A stretch of 64,000 nt of DNA from Prorocentrum cordatum. Lineage: Eukaryota. This document shows positions 24,755 through 36,622 of this stretch, in pieces. Position 1 is the first letter of the stretch; every line of letters begins with the position of its first letter. Below the pieces are notes generated by a model. It was not told the origin of the DNA, did not search any database, and was given only the letters and a program-made list of their open reading frames with translations. The stretch lies in assembly GCA_963575745.1 (NCBI GenBank), contig CAUYUJ010000059.1, positions 310,001 to 374,000 on the forward strand, given 5' to 3'. Position numbers and translations under genes: made by a program.

Positions 24755-25621
24755 TAGCCCAGGGGCCCAGAGACAGAGCACCACCCAAAGCAAAGTTCTT
24801 CGTGATTTTTGGGTGTTGCGCGGCGCGAGGATGTCGTCGGGCGGACCGCCGGTGGCTCAGAATAGACCGCTGTGGAAAAAGGTCGGGCGAGCGGAAGGCC
24901 GCCGACCGTGGGAGGTGGAACGGGCCACACGGTGTGACAAACCAACGAACGTTGGGGACGTCACGGCACGAGCTTGCCATTATGTCAGAGACCCGAATCA
25001 TCAGGGGTAACTTGGGTCGGGGCTAACTCAGGTTCGTTTTTTCGGGAGTCCGAACCCGAGTTGCCCCGGGCCCGAGCTACCCCGGAGAACTCGGGCGTCC
25101 AGAGCCCCAAATCATCAGGGGTAGCTCGGGTCAGGACCCGAGTTGCCCCGGGCCCGAGTTACCCCGGATAACTCGGGCGCCCAATTAGGGAACGAACCCA
25201 GTTGGATGTTCACGTGTCCTTCTTCCGGTGGCCGTTTAGAGCGACGGTCCTGTACGCCCGCCCCTTCCCCTATACCCCGCCTTCACGTCCGCCGAAAGAC
25301 GAGAGTGAGGTATCCCAGCCTGGAATGGTGCTGGGGCCAGCGCAGGCGCGCCAAATCTGACAAAGGAACGCGGGCAGAACGCAGCTGGCGCTCGTGCACA
25401 GGCATTTGCACTGGGTCGCCTTGCCACGGATACCCGCCGTTGAAGAAGCTGCACAGCAATGCCAAAAACAACGCAGCACGGCTGACGCGTTGCATGATCG
25501 TTGCATTGCGTGGGCCCCTTTTGCACGTCGCCAACCTGGCGTGGGGGGGGGGGCCTTTTGGGGTCTGTTGTGATTCTGTCGAGGGAAGCTGGGCTTTCTC
25601 TTTGCAGTGGCAGTGTCACCA

Positions 25622-25785
25622 GAGTCAAGAGGGAACAAAAAACACACAGGCACAATTGATCGTCGATCCCCGGGAAAATATGGGAGAATATGGGGGGGAG
25701 ACAGAAACCCAGAAAAGATAGGAAAAGATCAGGACTCCTGTTTTTCTGTGTCTATGTATTTGTGTGTCCCAGGCCCCCCCTCACA
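25622..25785. repeat. Dispersed repeat (MITE-like), second copy at about 39443-39612
   Basis: AGAGTCA.GAGGGAA...ACACACAG.CACAAT...ATCGTCGA...GAAAATAT...AACCCAGAAAA...TGTGTGTC in both copies. Confidence 0.8.
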
Positions 25786-25911
25786 GAGGAAGTCCTGGGG
25801 ACGTCTTGGGCAGTCCTGTAACACACTGGCATGCTTGGGAGGGTGGGGGCGGAGGCCGTGGACCTGTCTGGTGGCCCTATGAATCGGGTGTTGGGGGCCA
25901 GGTTGGGGTTG

Positions 25912-26068
25912 GGTCGGGCCCGTTGTTCTACAGGAGGGATATCCCAAAATAGTCCCCAAAAAAAGTCTGGGGACGATGTTTTAATTGTTCTTCAGCATTT
26001 GGGGAGTATTGTTTTGGCCATGTTTTATGTTTCGCCTTGAATCCGCCTGTAGGGGGACACGCCCGACC
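25912..26068. mobile_element. MITE family, second copy at 50965-51128
   Basis: Inverted ends CTACAGGAGG / ATCCGCCTGTAGG...CCGACCTAA and internal AGTCTGGGGACGAT in both copies. Confidence 0.75.
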
Positions 26069-26844
26069 TAAGATTAATTAGGGTCAACTTGAAATTTTGG
26101 GGGGCGGCCAGAAGGTGGCGGGGTCGATACACGCTTATCGCCCGTGGGGACGCGCTCTCAGAGGGGTCAGGCCTTGAATCATTCCATATGTTGCAGACAG
26201 TTTGGAAACGCTCCCGGATGCCCCTAAATGTTGCTTTTTGTTGGCCACGTTCTCATTGGTCCTGTCTTGATCGTCCCTCACTGCTCCAGGGGGGGCGGGC
26301 ATGCTGGAGTGAGAGGAGGAGGAGGAGGAGGAGGAGAGGAGGAGGAGGAGGAGGAGGAGGGGGGGAGGAGGCGGAGGGGAGGAGGAGGCGGAGGAGGAGG
26401 AGGAGGGGGAGGAGGAGGGAGGGGGAGGAGGAGGAGGGGGAGGGAGGAGGGGGAGGAGGAGGAGCCCCGAAAACAGAGATGGTCCCTCCGGTCGCGGGCT
26501 CCTCGAGACCACACTGGCCGCACCTCGGGCGCGGCAAGTGGCAAGCAGAGCCGTACCGAGAACGATCACAGCGACTCGTGAGCTCCTCCTCCTCCTCCCT
26601 CCTCTCCCCTCCTCACTCCTCCTCTCCTCATCCCATCCTCATCCTCATCCTCATCCTCATCCACTCCTCCCCCTCCCCCTCCCCCCCTCCTCCTCCTCCT
26701 CCTCCTCCTCCTCCTCCTCCTCCTCCTCCTCCTCCTCCTCCTCCTCCTCCTCCTTCCTCCCTCCTCCTCCTCCTCTCCTCCTCCTCCTCCTCCTCCTCCT
26801 CCTCCCCACCACATGGGGCAACCGTGTTGCTTTCGGGCCCCAAG

Positions 26845-28990
26845 GCGCGGCACTCCAGCTGGCCGAGCGCTGCGCCCCACGGACCCGATCCTCTGGGCGG
26901 AGATCGCCCAGCACCCGCAGCAGAAAGGCACCGGCAAGGGCAAGGGCAAGGGCAAAGCCAAGGGCACTCCGGAGGCACAGTTCAGAGAGCAGAAGAAGAT
27001 TTGCCTGAACATGCTCAGTGTGACCGGCAGCTTCGACCCCGACAGGATCCCCGTGGGCCACGTCGTTGCCATTATCGACTGCATGACCTTCGTCCCAGAG
27101 TACGTGCCCGTGATTAAGGCGCTCGAGCTGCAGCAGCAGCAGGCCATTCCCTTCGATGACGGTGTAGGCCTGAACCTGTGGAGAAGCCGGCCGGCCAGCG
27201 TCGCAAACACGATTGGTCAGTACGGCGGCGCTGCAGGGGGAGGCGTCAGCGCGGGCTTCGGTGGGGGCGGCCTTGCGCCGACGCTGTCGAACTTGGATCG
27301 CATTGTGGAGGACATGATCGCGCAGAGCATGCTGCAGCCCATTCGCGAGATCAGGCAGAGCGAGACTTTGTCGGGCCAGTTGTGTCGTGACCTGATCGGC
27401 CTGGTGCGCCAGACGACGCTGGACAGCGGCCAGCTGGTGAATTTCATCGACTCCTTGCGCAACCCCGTGCACCTTACGCAAGGCCCGCCTGGCACAGGCA
27501 AGTCCTACCTCGGCGTGGTGCTCATTCGGGCGTTCCGCATGGTGGAGAAGGCATGGCGTCAACAGAACCCGTCTGTTGGTCAACGGCCAATTCTGGTGCT
27601 ATCCTACAAGAATCATGCCACAGATGAGATCTGCGCAGACTATGTGAAGACGCTGCCTCCGCAGTCGTCGAACTGGCGCTATTCAAGTCCCGACGTCATC
27701 CGCCTCGGCAATTCTGAGCATCCAGACGTGAAACCGTATTGCGAGTCAGCATCGCGTAACCGCGACACGGGAGTGCAGAACCAACGGCAGAAATTGGAGC
27801 AGATGCGGGACGCTGGTAGGAATTGCTCGCTGTTGTGCAAGCAGGCCCAGCTGTTCACGAGCTTCCGCGCGGACATGTTCGGCGACGTTGGCGGCTCGGT
27901 GCCGTCGGCAGGCGATGAACGCCAGCAGCAGAAGCAGCGCTCCAAGGTGGCCTACGACGCTACGGAGCAGATGCTTGCATGTATAGTCCGTAGCGAGCTG
28001 CTCGATAAGAATGGCACAGGTGTGACGCAGCACGCAGGGAGACAGGTTGGAAGTCGCGTCGCTCGAGCGCGTCGCGCAGCGTCCAGCCAGGACAGCAAGA
28101 GCGACAGTGGCTCTGAGTCCAGCATTGATGGCGCGAGAACTGTGGCAACTCTTGAAGACATAGTCAATCATGCTACGGATGTTTTACTTCTAGACGACGA
28201 CGTCGAGGATGGAAAGTGCCGGGCCACTCAGGCCAAGGTGCGTGCACAGGATAAGTTTGATTTGGTGCCGGGGTTGACAGCCGGCTTCCAGCACTACATC
28301 GATTGCCGCCCGCAGGATTATAATGACCCTGCTGAAATGGTATTCCAGTGGCTCAAAGGGCTACGTCCTCTGCAGAAATGCATATACTGCGCTGAGCTGT
28401 CCTTCACGGAAGATGTGCCGCTCTGTCATGACCACCGGTGCAAGTTGCCTCTGGGAGCTAGCAGTGAGCGGCGGTGCGTAAATCCTGTCACCTACGGCAG
28501 CGACCTTTGCGACGACCATTGTTGCACGAGCAGGTGGGATGGTTGGTGCGTCCGCGCGCGGATCCGAATCGACCCAGATTCTGGCAAAACACGTGACTTG
28601 TTCTGTCAGCAACACGCCTGTTTCAAATGCGCTCAGGCCGGGCAAGTACCAGCTGCCGAAGCCTGGGACGACCCGCCCCGCCACACGTGCCAGAATCATC
28701 CGCTCTGCCTCGCCCAACCGTGCCAGGAGCTGCAGGTAGCGGGCAGCGACTATTGCGACAAGCATTCGCTGGCCCCGTGCCAATTCCAATTCCACGGCCT
28801 CTTCAGGAGGTGCTGCGGCAAACCATCCATCTCCCGCGAGGTTCCCTACTGCGGCGAGCATGTCGAGACCTGGTTCGCTCGCCAGGCGGCGACGGGGAGC
28901 CGCGTCGCAGAGGTCGAGTCATCCGACAGCTCCTCGGAGTCCGCGGACGATCTGTCAGGGGCTCGACGTATCGTGATCTTGCCACAGATA
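26845..28990 (+). CDS. Large exon of ZNFX1/UPF1-like SF1 RNA helicase: Q-motif, Walker A, motif Ia, then CxxH zinc-finger-like array
   Basis: Open frame of over 700 codons with LDSGQ, QGPPGTGKS (GPPGTGKS at 27482-27505), ILVLSYKNHATDE and VIRLG, followed by repeated C...C...CxxH units. The 3' donor is not resolved; in-frame stop at 29000-29002. Confidence 0.9.
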
Positions 28991-31494
28991 TGCCCACAGT
29001 GATCGCCGCTCGTAGGGTCGCCGAAGACGCGCCACTGGCTTCGCTCGATCGCGCGAATTGTGTTGTTTGATTTCATCGCGCGATGGTTTTCGATCAGCGT
29101 GGAAGTTGACGCAACTGCGTTCACGATCAGATTGCTTGACGGCGGTTGTGATCGCTTGCGTGGTCGACCATATCAGAGAATGGATGGATTCGGTTTGTGT
29201 TCGGGATTCGGTTTTCCGTACGTGTGGGGCCAACGGGGCCAGGCGGACAGCGACGACGACGACGACGACGACGAGGGCGACGAGGACGAGGGGGAGGAGG
29301 AAGAAATCGACGACGAGGGGGCGGAGGGACAGCACCCCCATCCGTCCTATCGGCCCAAGCCAAGAGCAAGGGCAGAAGAAAGGAACGCATCGGAGTCACA
29401 TTGGAACCATATTGACTGGGGTTGTCAACTAGGGTTTGAAAGGGGTCATCTTGGGGCAACCTCGAAGTCGTCTTGGGCTTATGGGGTCGTCCCGGGGCCA
29501 CCTAACATCGGGGTCACGCGGTAGCCTCAGTTCAGTCGGGAGACAGTGGGTTCGTCCCGGTGTTCTCTTGGGGCCGCAGGGTCGCTCTGGGGTCATATTG
29601 GAGCCATTGTTTAGCAGGGGTGGGCATCTTGGGCGACAGGGGTAATCTCGTGATCCTTTCCAAACCCTGTTGGGTCCATCTTGGAATCACTTTTTCCGTT
29701 GATGCCTCCCTCGTTGCTGTTGCTATTGATGTTGCTGTTGTTGCTGGCGTCGATGCAGCTGGTGCTGCCTGGGCTGCCCGTGGTGTTGGTGCTGGTGCTG
29801 TGTAAAAGTTCGGGCCCTCTTGAAGCCATCTTGGGGGCCTCCTGGGCCCTGGGGTCCTGCGGGAGCCCTCTGACGGCCCTTGAAAGGCTTCCGAGAAGGC
29901 CAAGAATTCAACACACACATTTAAAACAAACCGCCTCCTTATTTGAAAGCGTCTTGTGTTAAATTTGTGTTGTTGAATAAGTGGGTCCTCTTGGAGCCCT
30001 CTTGGGGCCCTCGCCCTCTTGGAGCCCTGTGTAGGCCCTAAGAGGCCTCCAAGAGGGCCAATACTCCAACGCACATGTAAGACGAACCGCCTCTTTATTG
30101 GAGAGCGTATCGTGTCAAGTTTGTGCTAAATTCCGGGCCCTCGTAGAAAATCCCAATAAAGGCCAAACAGAGACTCAATAACCCCCAAGTGAGGGTGTGT
30201 TTTAGCTTCATCGCGGGGGGGTCACCATGTATCCGCTCTTTGTACAAATATTTCGTCTAACGGAGCTCGGCTTGAGGTTCGGGGGGCCTTCAGGAGGGTT
30301 CCAGCCTGAGGTATTCAAAGACTTCGCGTGAGCTTCGAGTGCGATTGCGCTGCTCCAAGACGGCTCCGAGACGTCCCCAGAGCGCTCCAAGACGCTCGCA
30401 ATGGCTTCAAGACGGCCAAAGAGACCTTCTAGACGCCCCCGGGCGGGTCCAAGAGGACCCCCCAGGGGCCTCAAGAGGCCCAAGCCCAAGTTGTTCAAGT
30501 GTTTTTGAAGGGTTTTAGCGTTCTCGCTTTTCCTGGGCTCCAACGTTCCAAGGAGGCCCAAGGGGCCACCAGGATCGGCCCAAGACGGCCCAAGAGGCCC
30601 CCGAAGAGGGCCCCAAGACGACCCACGAGGGCACCAGGACCACCCAGGAGGCCCATAATGCGGCCCAAGAGGCCCCCAGGACGGCCCCAAGAGGGGACCC
30701 AGGGGGCCACCAGAACTCAGGTTGTGAGATGTTGTCCATCAGGATCGCCTTTTGTGAAGCGGCGTGGGGGCATGCGGATAGCCTTCGCAAGTAGACGCGG
30801 CGCCAGGGTCACCATGTATCCAAACATTGCACGAATTCGTGAATTTCTGAGACGATCGACGAGCCTCTTGGGAGCCCTTTTGGGGGCCTCTTGAAGGCCT
30901 GCTGGGGGTTCTTGGGGCCTGATAGGGGCCTATTGGGCGCCTCTTGAGATATGTTGATACTTTTTGGGGGCTTCTTAGGGCGTCTTGGGGGGGGCCCTTC
31001 GGAAGCCTCTTGGGGGCTTGCTGGGGCCCCGAGAAGACACCAAGAGGGTTCCGAAAAAGTTTCGGGGCCACCTGGAATTGTTGCAAAGCCATCTTTGGGT
31101 GACCCCGAGATCTCTCGGGGCCCTCTGGGAGCTCTCTTGGGGGGCTCCAAGACGGTTTGGGAGCGGTCAAGGAGGCCCAAGAGAGCCCGAGGAAATTCCA
31201 AGAGGGTTCCGAACAGTCTCCGGGTCACCCAGAGATGTTGCAGCACCATCTGCAGGTGACCCGGAGACCTCTCGGGGCCTTCTTGGAGCTTTCACGGTGG
31301 GGCTCCTATACGGCAAGGGGGAGGGCGGAAGAGGGGGGGCGGCTTCTTCGGGCCTGATGGGGGCCTCTCGGACGCCTCTTGAGGTCTGTTGGGGTTTCTT
31401 AGGGACCTCTCAGGGCCTCTTGGGGGTCCTGTTGAACCCTTGGAGCGTCTTCTCGGGGTTGTCTTGGCACCCACTCGGGGACCGAGATGCGAGA

Positions 31495-31586
31495 TTGTTG
31501 TTGTTGTTGCTGCTGCTGCTGCTGCTGTTGTTGTTGCTGTTGTTGTTGTAGTTGGTGTGCTTGTTTGAGTAGTGGTAGTGGTAGTG

Positions 31587-31663
<77 letters not shown>

Positions 31664-31686
31664 CAGTAGTAGTAGTAGTCGTAGTC

Positions 31687-31748
<62 letters not shown>

Positions 31749-31770
31749 CGTAGTAGTAGTAGTAGTAGTC

Positions 31771-31811
<41 letters not shown>

Positions 31812-32035
31812 CGTAGTAGTCGTAGTCGTAGTAGTCGTAGTCGTAGTCGAGTAGTCGTAGTCGTAGTCGTAGTCGTAGTCGTAGTCGTAGTCGTAGTCGT
31901 AGTAGCAGTAGTAGTAGTAGTAGTAAGTAGCAGTAGTAGTAGTTAGTAGTAGCAGTAGTAGTAGTAGTAGTAGTAGTAGTACTAGTACTAGTACTAGTAG
32001 TAGTAGTAGTAGTAGTAGTAGTCGTAGTAGTATTA

Positions 32036-32067
<32 letters not shown>

Positions 32068-32289
32068 CGTAGTAGTAGTCGTAGTAGTCGTAGTGGTAGT
32101 AGTAGTAGCAGTAGTAGTAGCAGTAGTAGTAGTAGTAGTGGTACTAGTAGTAGTAGTACTAGCAGCAGTAGTAGTAGCAATAGTAGTAGTAGTAGTAGTC
32201 GTCGTCGTCGTCGTCGTCGTCGTAGTCGTAGGCGTAAGCGTAGTCGTAGTCGTAGTAGTCGTAGTAGTCGTAGTAGTCGTAGTAGGCGT

Positions 32290-32321
<32 letters not shown>

Positions 32322-32332
32322 TAGTAGTAGTC

Positions 32333-32411
<79 letters not shown>

Positions 32412-32571
32412 TAGTAGTAGTAGTAGTAGGAGTAGGAGTAGGAGTAGTAGGAGTAGGAGTAGGAGTAGGAGTAGGAGTAGGAGTAGGAGTAGGAGTAGGA
32501 GTAGTAGCAGGGTAGCAGCAGCAGCAGCAGTAGTAGCAGTAGTCGTCGTAGTCGTAACCGTAGAAGTAGTA

Positions 32572-32610
<39 letters not shown>

Positions 32611-32645
32611 TTCGTTGTTGTTGTATGATTGTTGGTTGTTGCTGT
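31495..32645. repeat. (GTA/GTC/TTG)n microsatellite, with complementary (CAA/CAG/CTA)n at 33360-33690
   Basis: Directly visible. Confidence 0.95.
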
Positions 32646-32804
32646 CGTTCTATAGGATACTACAGGGTCGCATGGGATTCCTGGGAAAAAAGGGGGGCAG
32701 CGACTCGGATCGCGATCTGTGTCGGAAGGGGAGAGGACATGCCCCCCCCCCCCTTCCGACAAGAAACCGTGGTTCACGTGGATAGCAAAGGGCGCGCGCG
32801 CGTT

Positions 32805-33172
32805 CCGACAGGGATCGCGTTCCATTCCGGGGATCAAATACCAGGGATCAGGCACTTTTCGCCGCCCAAACATGCGATGGCTTCTACTGGAACCGCCCGT
32901 CCCGACAGGGATCGCGTTCCATTCCGGGGATCAAATACCAGGGATCAAGCTGTTCTCGCCGCCCAAACATGTGATGATTTGTATTGGAACCACCCGTTCC
33001 GACAGGGATCGCGTTCCATTCCGGGGATTAGAAACCAGGGATCAGGCTGGTCCCACCGCTCAAACATGCGATGATTTGAATTGGAACCGCCCGGTCCGAC
33101 AGGGATCGCGTTCCATTCCGGGGATCAGAAACCAGGGATCAGGCCGTTCTCGCCCTCCAAACATGCGATGAT
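32805..33172. repeat. Tandem array of four 97-bp units (last one partial)
   Basis: CCGACAGGGATCGCGTTCCATTCCGGGGAT at 32805, 32902, 32999 and 33096. Confidence 0.95.
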
Positions 33173-36045
33173 GCAACCTTAATGGTGCGATGCATGTTGT
33201 GGGATATCTGTGGTGCAACCTATATGGCGCAAATGATGTGATGTTGCGCAACCTATGTGGTACAATCGGTCTGGTACAATATATGCGGTGCAATGTGTGT
33301 TTTTGTTTGATGCGTGCGCGTCTACATGTGAAATCACGGCGTATAGCACGACAGCGAACCGCAACAACCAGCGACGACAACGACGACAACAGCAACAGTA
33401 ACAGAAACAACAACAACGACAACAACAACAGCAACAGCAGCAACAACAACAACAGCAGCAACAGCAAGAGCAACACCAACAACACCAAGAAACATCACCA
33501 GTAACTAACTAACAACAACAGCAGCAACAACAGGAACAACGACAACAACAACAACAGCAGCAACAATAACTACAACTACAACAAACGACAACAACGACGA
33601 TATGAGCAGCAATAACTACAGCTACAACTACAACTACACATGCAACAACTAGTACAACACCAGCAGCAACAACAACAACAGTAGCAACATCGCTTCTCGG
33701 CCCCCGAGAGGGTACCAAGACAACCCCGAGAAGCTTCCAAGACGCCTCAAGGTTTCCACAGGACCCCCAGGAAGCCTTGAGAGGCTCCCAAGAAACCCCA
33801 ACTGACCTCAAAAGGCGCCGCCCCCTCCTCCGCGTCAGCATCTCCAGGAGCTCCCCCCCACCCTCCCGCCCTCCCCACCACCGTCTTGGATCTCCCAAGA
33901 AAGCTCCAAGAGGGCCCCGAGAAGTCTCCGGGCCACCCAGAGATGGTGCTGCAGCATCTCCGGGTGGCACGGAGGGAGATTCTGCGGGACTTTCTGGGAG
34001 TTTTCTCGGGCCCTTTTGGGGGCTCCTTGTGGGGCTCCTTGAGCGCTCCCAAGCCGTCCTGGAGCCCCCCCAGAGAGCTCCAAGAAGGCCCCGAGAGGTC
34101 GCCGGGCCACCCGGAGATGGGGCTGCATCATCTCCGGCGGGCTCGGACACTTTTCGGGACCCTCTTGGAGTCTTCTCGGGGCCCTCTTGGAGCCTCAGCA
34201 GGCCCCCAACAGGTCCTCAAAGGGCCCCCCAAGAAGCCCTAAGCTAAGCCCCCAAGAATCTTAACAGACCTCAAGAGGCGCCCAAGAGGCCCCTTATCAT
34301 GCTTCAAGAAGCCCCGAGCAGGCCCCAATAGGCCCCCAAAAGGGCTCCCAAGAGGCTCGGCGATCGTCTCAGACATGTACGAATTCGTACAATGTTCGGG
34401 CACATGGTGACCCCGGCGCCGCGTCTACTTGCGAAGGCTCTCCGCATGCCCCCACGCCGATTCACAAGAGTTCCGGTGGCCCCCTGGGTCCCCTCTTGGG
34501 GCCGTCCTGGGGGCTATTTAGGCCGCATTGTGGGCCTCATGGGTCGTCTCGGTGCCATCTTGGGTCGTCTTGGGGCCCTCTTCGGTGGCCTCTCAGGCCG
34601 TCTTGGGGCGATCCTGGCGGCCTCTTGGGCCGTCTTGGAGCATTGGAACCCAGAAAATGCGAGAACACTAAAATCCGCCAGAAAACCAAAAGAATAACTA
34701 GCCTCGTGCAGCCCCCGAGGGGGTCCTCTTGGAGCCCCCGGGGGCGTCTGCACGGTCTCTTTGGCCGTCTTGAAGCCATTGTGAGCGTCTTGGAGCGCTC
34801 TGGGGCCGTCTTGGAGCAGCGCAATCGCACTCGAAGCTCACGCGAAGTCTTTGAATACCTCAGGTTGGAACCCTCCTGAAGGCCCTCCGAGCCTCAAGCC
34901 GAGCCCTGCAAGAGGAAGCATTTGTACAAACAGCGGATACATGGTGACCCCCCTGCGTGGAAGCTAAACAAAAATCTCTTTGGGGGCCTTCTTGGGTCTC
35001 TCTTGGGCCTTCTTGGGGTTCTTCTGAGAGGACACGAAATTCAATATAAATTTAACACGAGACGCTCTCCAATAAGGAGGCGGTGTGTCTCAAATGTGTG
35101 TTGAATTGTTGACCCTCCTGGAGGCCTCTTAAAGGCCTTCGGAGGGCTCCCGCAGGGACCCAAAAGGGCCCAGGAGGGCCCCAGGAGGGCCCCAAGAGGG
35201 CCCCAAGAGGGCCCCAAGATGGCTCCAAGAGGGCCCAATTCACCAATTTAACACAAGACGCTCTCCAATAAGGAGGCGGTTTGTGTTAAGTGTGCGTTGA
35301 ATTCTTGACCCTCTCGGTAGCGTCTTAAGGGCCCTCAGAAGGCCCCCGCAGGGACCCAAGAGGCCCACGAGGGCCACAAGAGGGCGCCAAGATGGCTCCA
35401 AGAGGGCCCGAAATTTAGCACAGCTCCAGCACCAGCACCACGGGCAGCCCAGGCAGCACTAGCAGCATCAACGCCATCAGTAACAGCAGCATCTGTAGCA
35501 ACAACAACGAGAGAGGCAGCAACGGAAAGATGATCCCAAGATGGACCCAACAGGGGTTTTGGAAAGGATCCCGAGATTACCCTTGTCGCCCCGAGATGCC
35601 CACCCCCGCTAAGCAATGGCTCTAACATGACCCCAGAGCAACCCTGCGGCCCCAAGAGAACACCGAGACGAACCCATTGTCTTCCGACTGAACTAAGGCT
35701 ACCGCGTCACCCCGATGTTACTCCGAGGTGGCCCCAGAACGACCCCACGAGTTCGAGACGACTTCGAGATTGCCCCAATATGACCTTTTTGAGCCCCAGT
35801 TGACCCCAAGATTGTGTCAATATGGCTCCAATGTGACTCCGATACGTTTCTTCCTTCTCCCCTTGCTCTTGGCTTGGGCCGATAGGACGGATGGGGGTGC
35901 TGGCCCTCCACCCCCTCGTCGTCGACTTCTTCCTCCTCCCCCTCGTCCTCGTCGCCCTCGTCGTCGTCGTCGCTGTCCGCCTGGCCCCGCTGGCCACATT
36001 CATAGCAGAAAACCGAATCCATCCATTCTCTGATCATGCGTTAAG

Positions 36046-36292
36046 GCCGAAGCAGACTTACTACGCGGACAAGATGTGCGCTGGCAAGAACAAGCGCGGC
36101 AAGCCGTGCGGCTCGCGCGCGCAGCCAGGCTCCGACTTCTGCCACGCACATGCGCCGCCAGAGGCGTCTTTCTCGCAGGTGAAGGGCGAGGAGGAGGGCG
36201 CCCCGGCCGCTGGCGCGGCCACGGCCTCCGCGGACCGCCCGCCGCCGCCGTCGACGCTGCCCAGCTCGACCCCCGAGGAGAAGCCCTGCGAG
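36046..36292 (+). CDS. Probable exon of helicase gene with one further C3H unit (CAGKNKRGKPCGSRAQPGSDFCHAH)
   Basis: TTAAG|G acceptor just after the foldback element; same C-C-CxxH pattern as the end of the previous exon. Boundaries uncertain (donor could be at 36178 or 36292). Confidence 0.65.
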
Positions 36293-36535
36293 GCGCCCCC
36301 GGGGCGCCTCGAGGCCCTGCTCGGGCCCGTCCTGGGCCTCCTCGGGCAGCGCGGCGGCAGCTCGCTCGGGCGCCCCGACGGCGCGCCGCCCCCCCTCGTC
36401 GGTGGCGCTGGGCACGAGCCGCGGCCGGGCACGGAAGGAGAGAAAGGGCAACGAAGTCTGCGCACATCCATTGCCCCTGAGGAGGAGGAGGAGGAGGAGG
36501 AGGAGGAGGATGGCCTGGCCGGTTTGTGGGCCCAG

Positions 36536-36622
36536 GGCGGGCCAGGCCTGGGGCAGTGGACGTGTCCTGATGCCGTCGCCCTTGGAGGAGGCGCTGCCGA
36601 GGAGGTCGAGAACGACGGCCAG
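36536..36622 (+). CDS. Possible small exon (GGPGLGQWTCPDAVALGGGAAEEVENDGQ)
   Basis: CAG|G acceptor and CAG|GA donor, phase-compatible with 49949; no diagnostic motif. Confidence 0.3.

Larger units (their letters stand above)
29172..36034. mobile_element. 6.9-kb non-autonomous foldback element
   Basis: Perfect 25-nt TIR ATCAGAGAATGGATGGATTCGGTTT, with CAT on both flanks; inverted homology continues for about 2.3 kb per arm. Confidence 0.9.

Noticed and set aside
32805..33172. CRISPR-like array (constant 30-mer at fixed period)
   Set aside because: The intervening segments are homologous to each other rather than unique spacers, there are no cas genes, and the context is eukaryotic.
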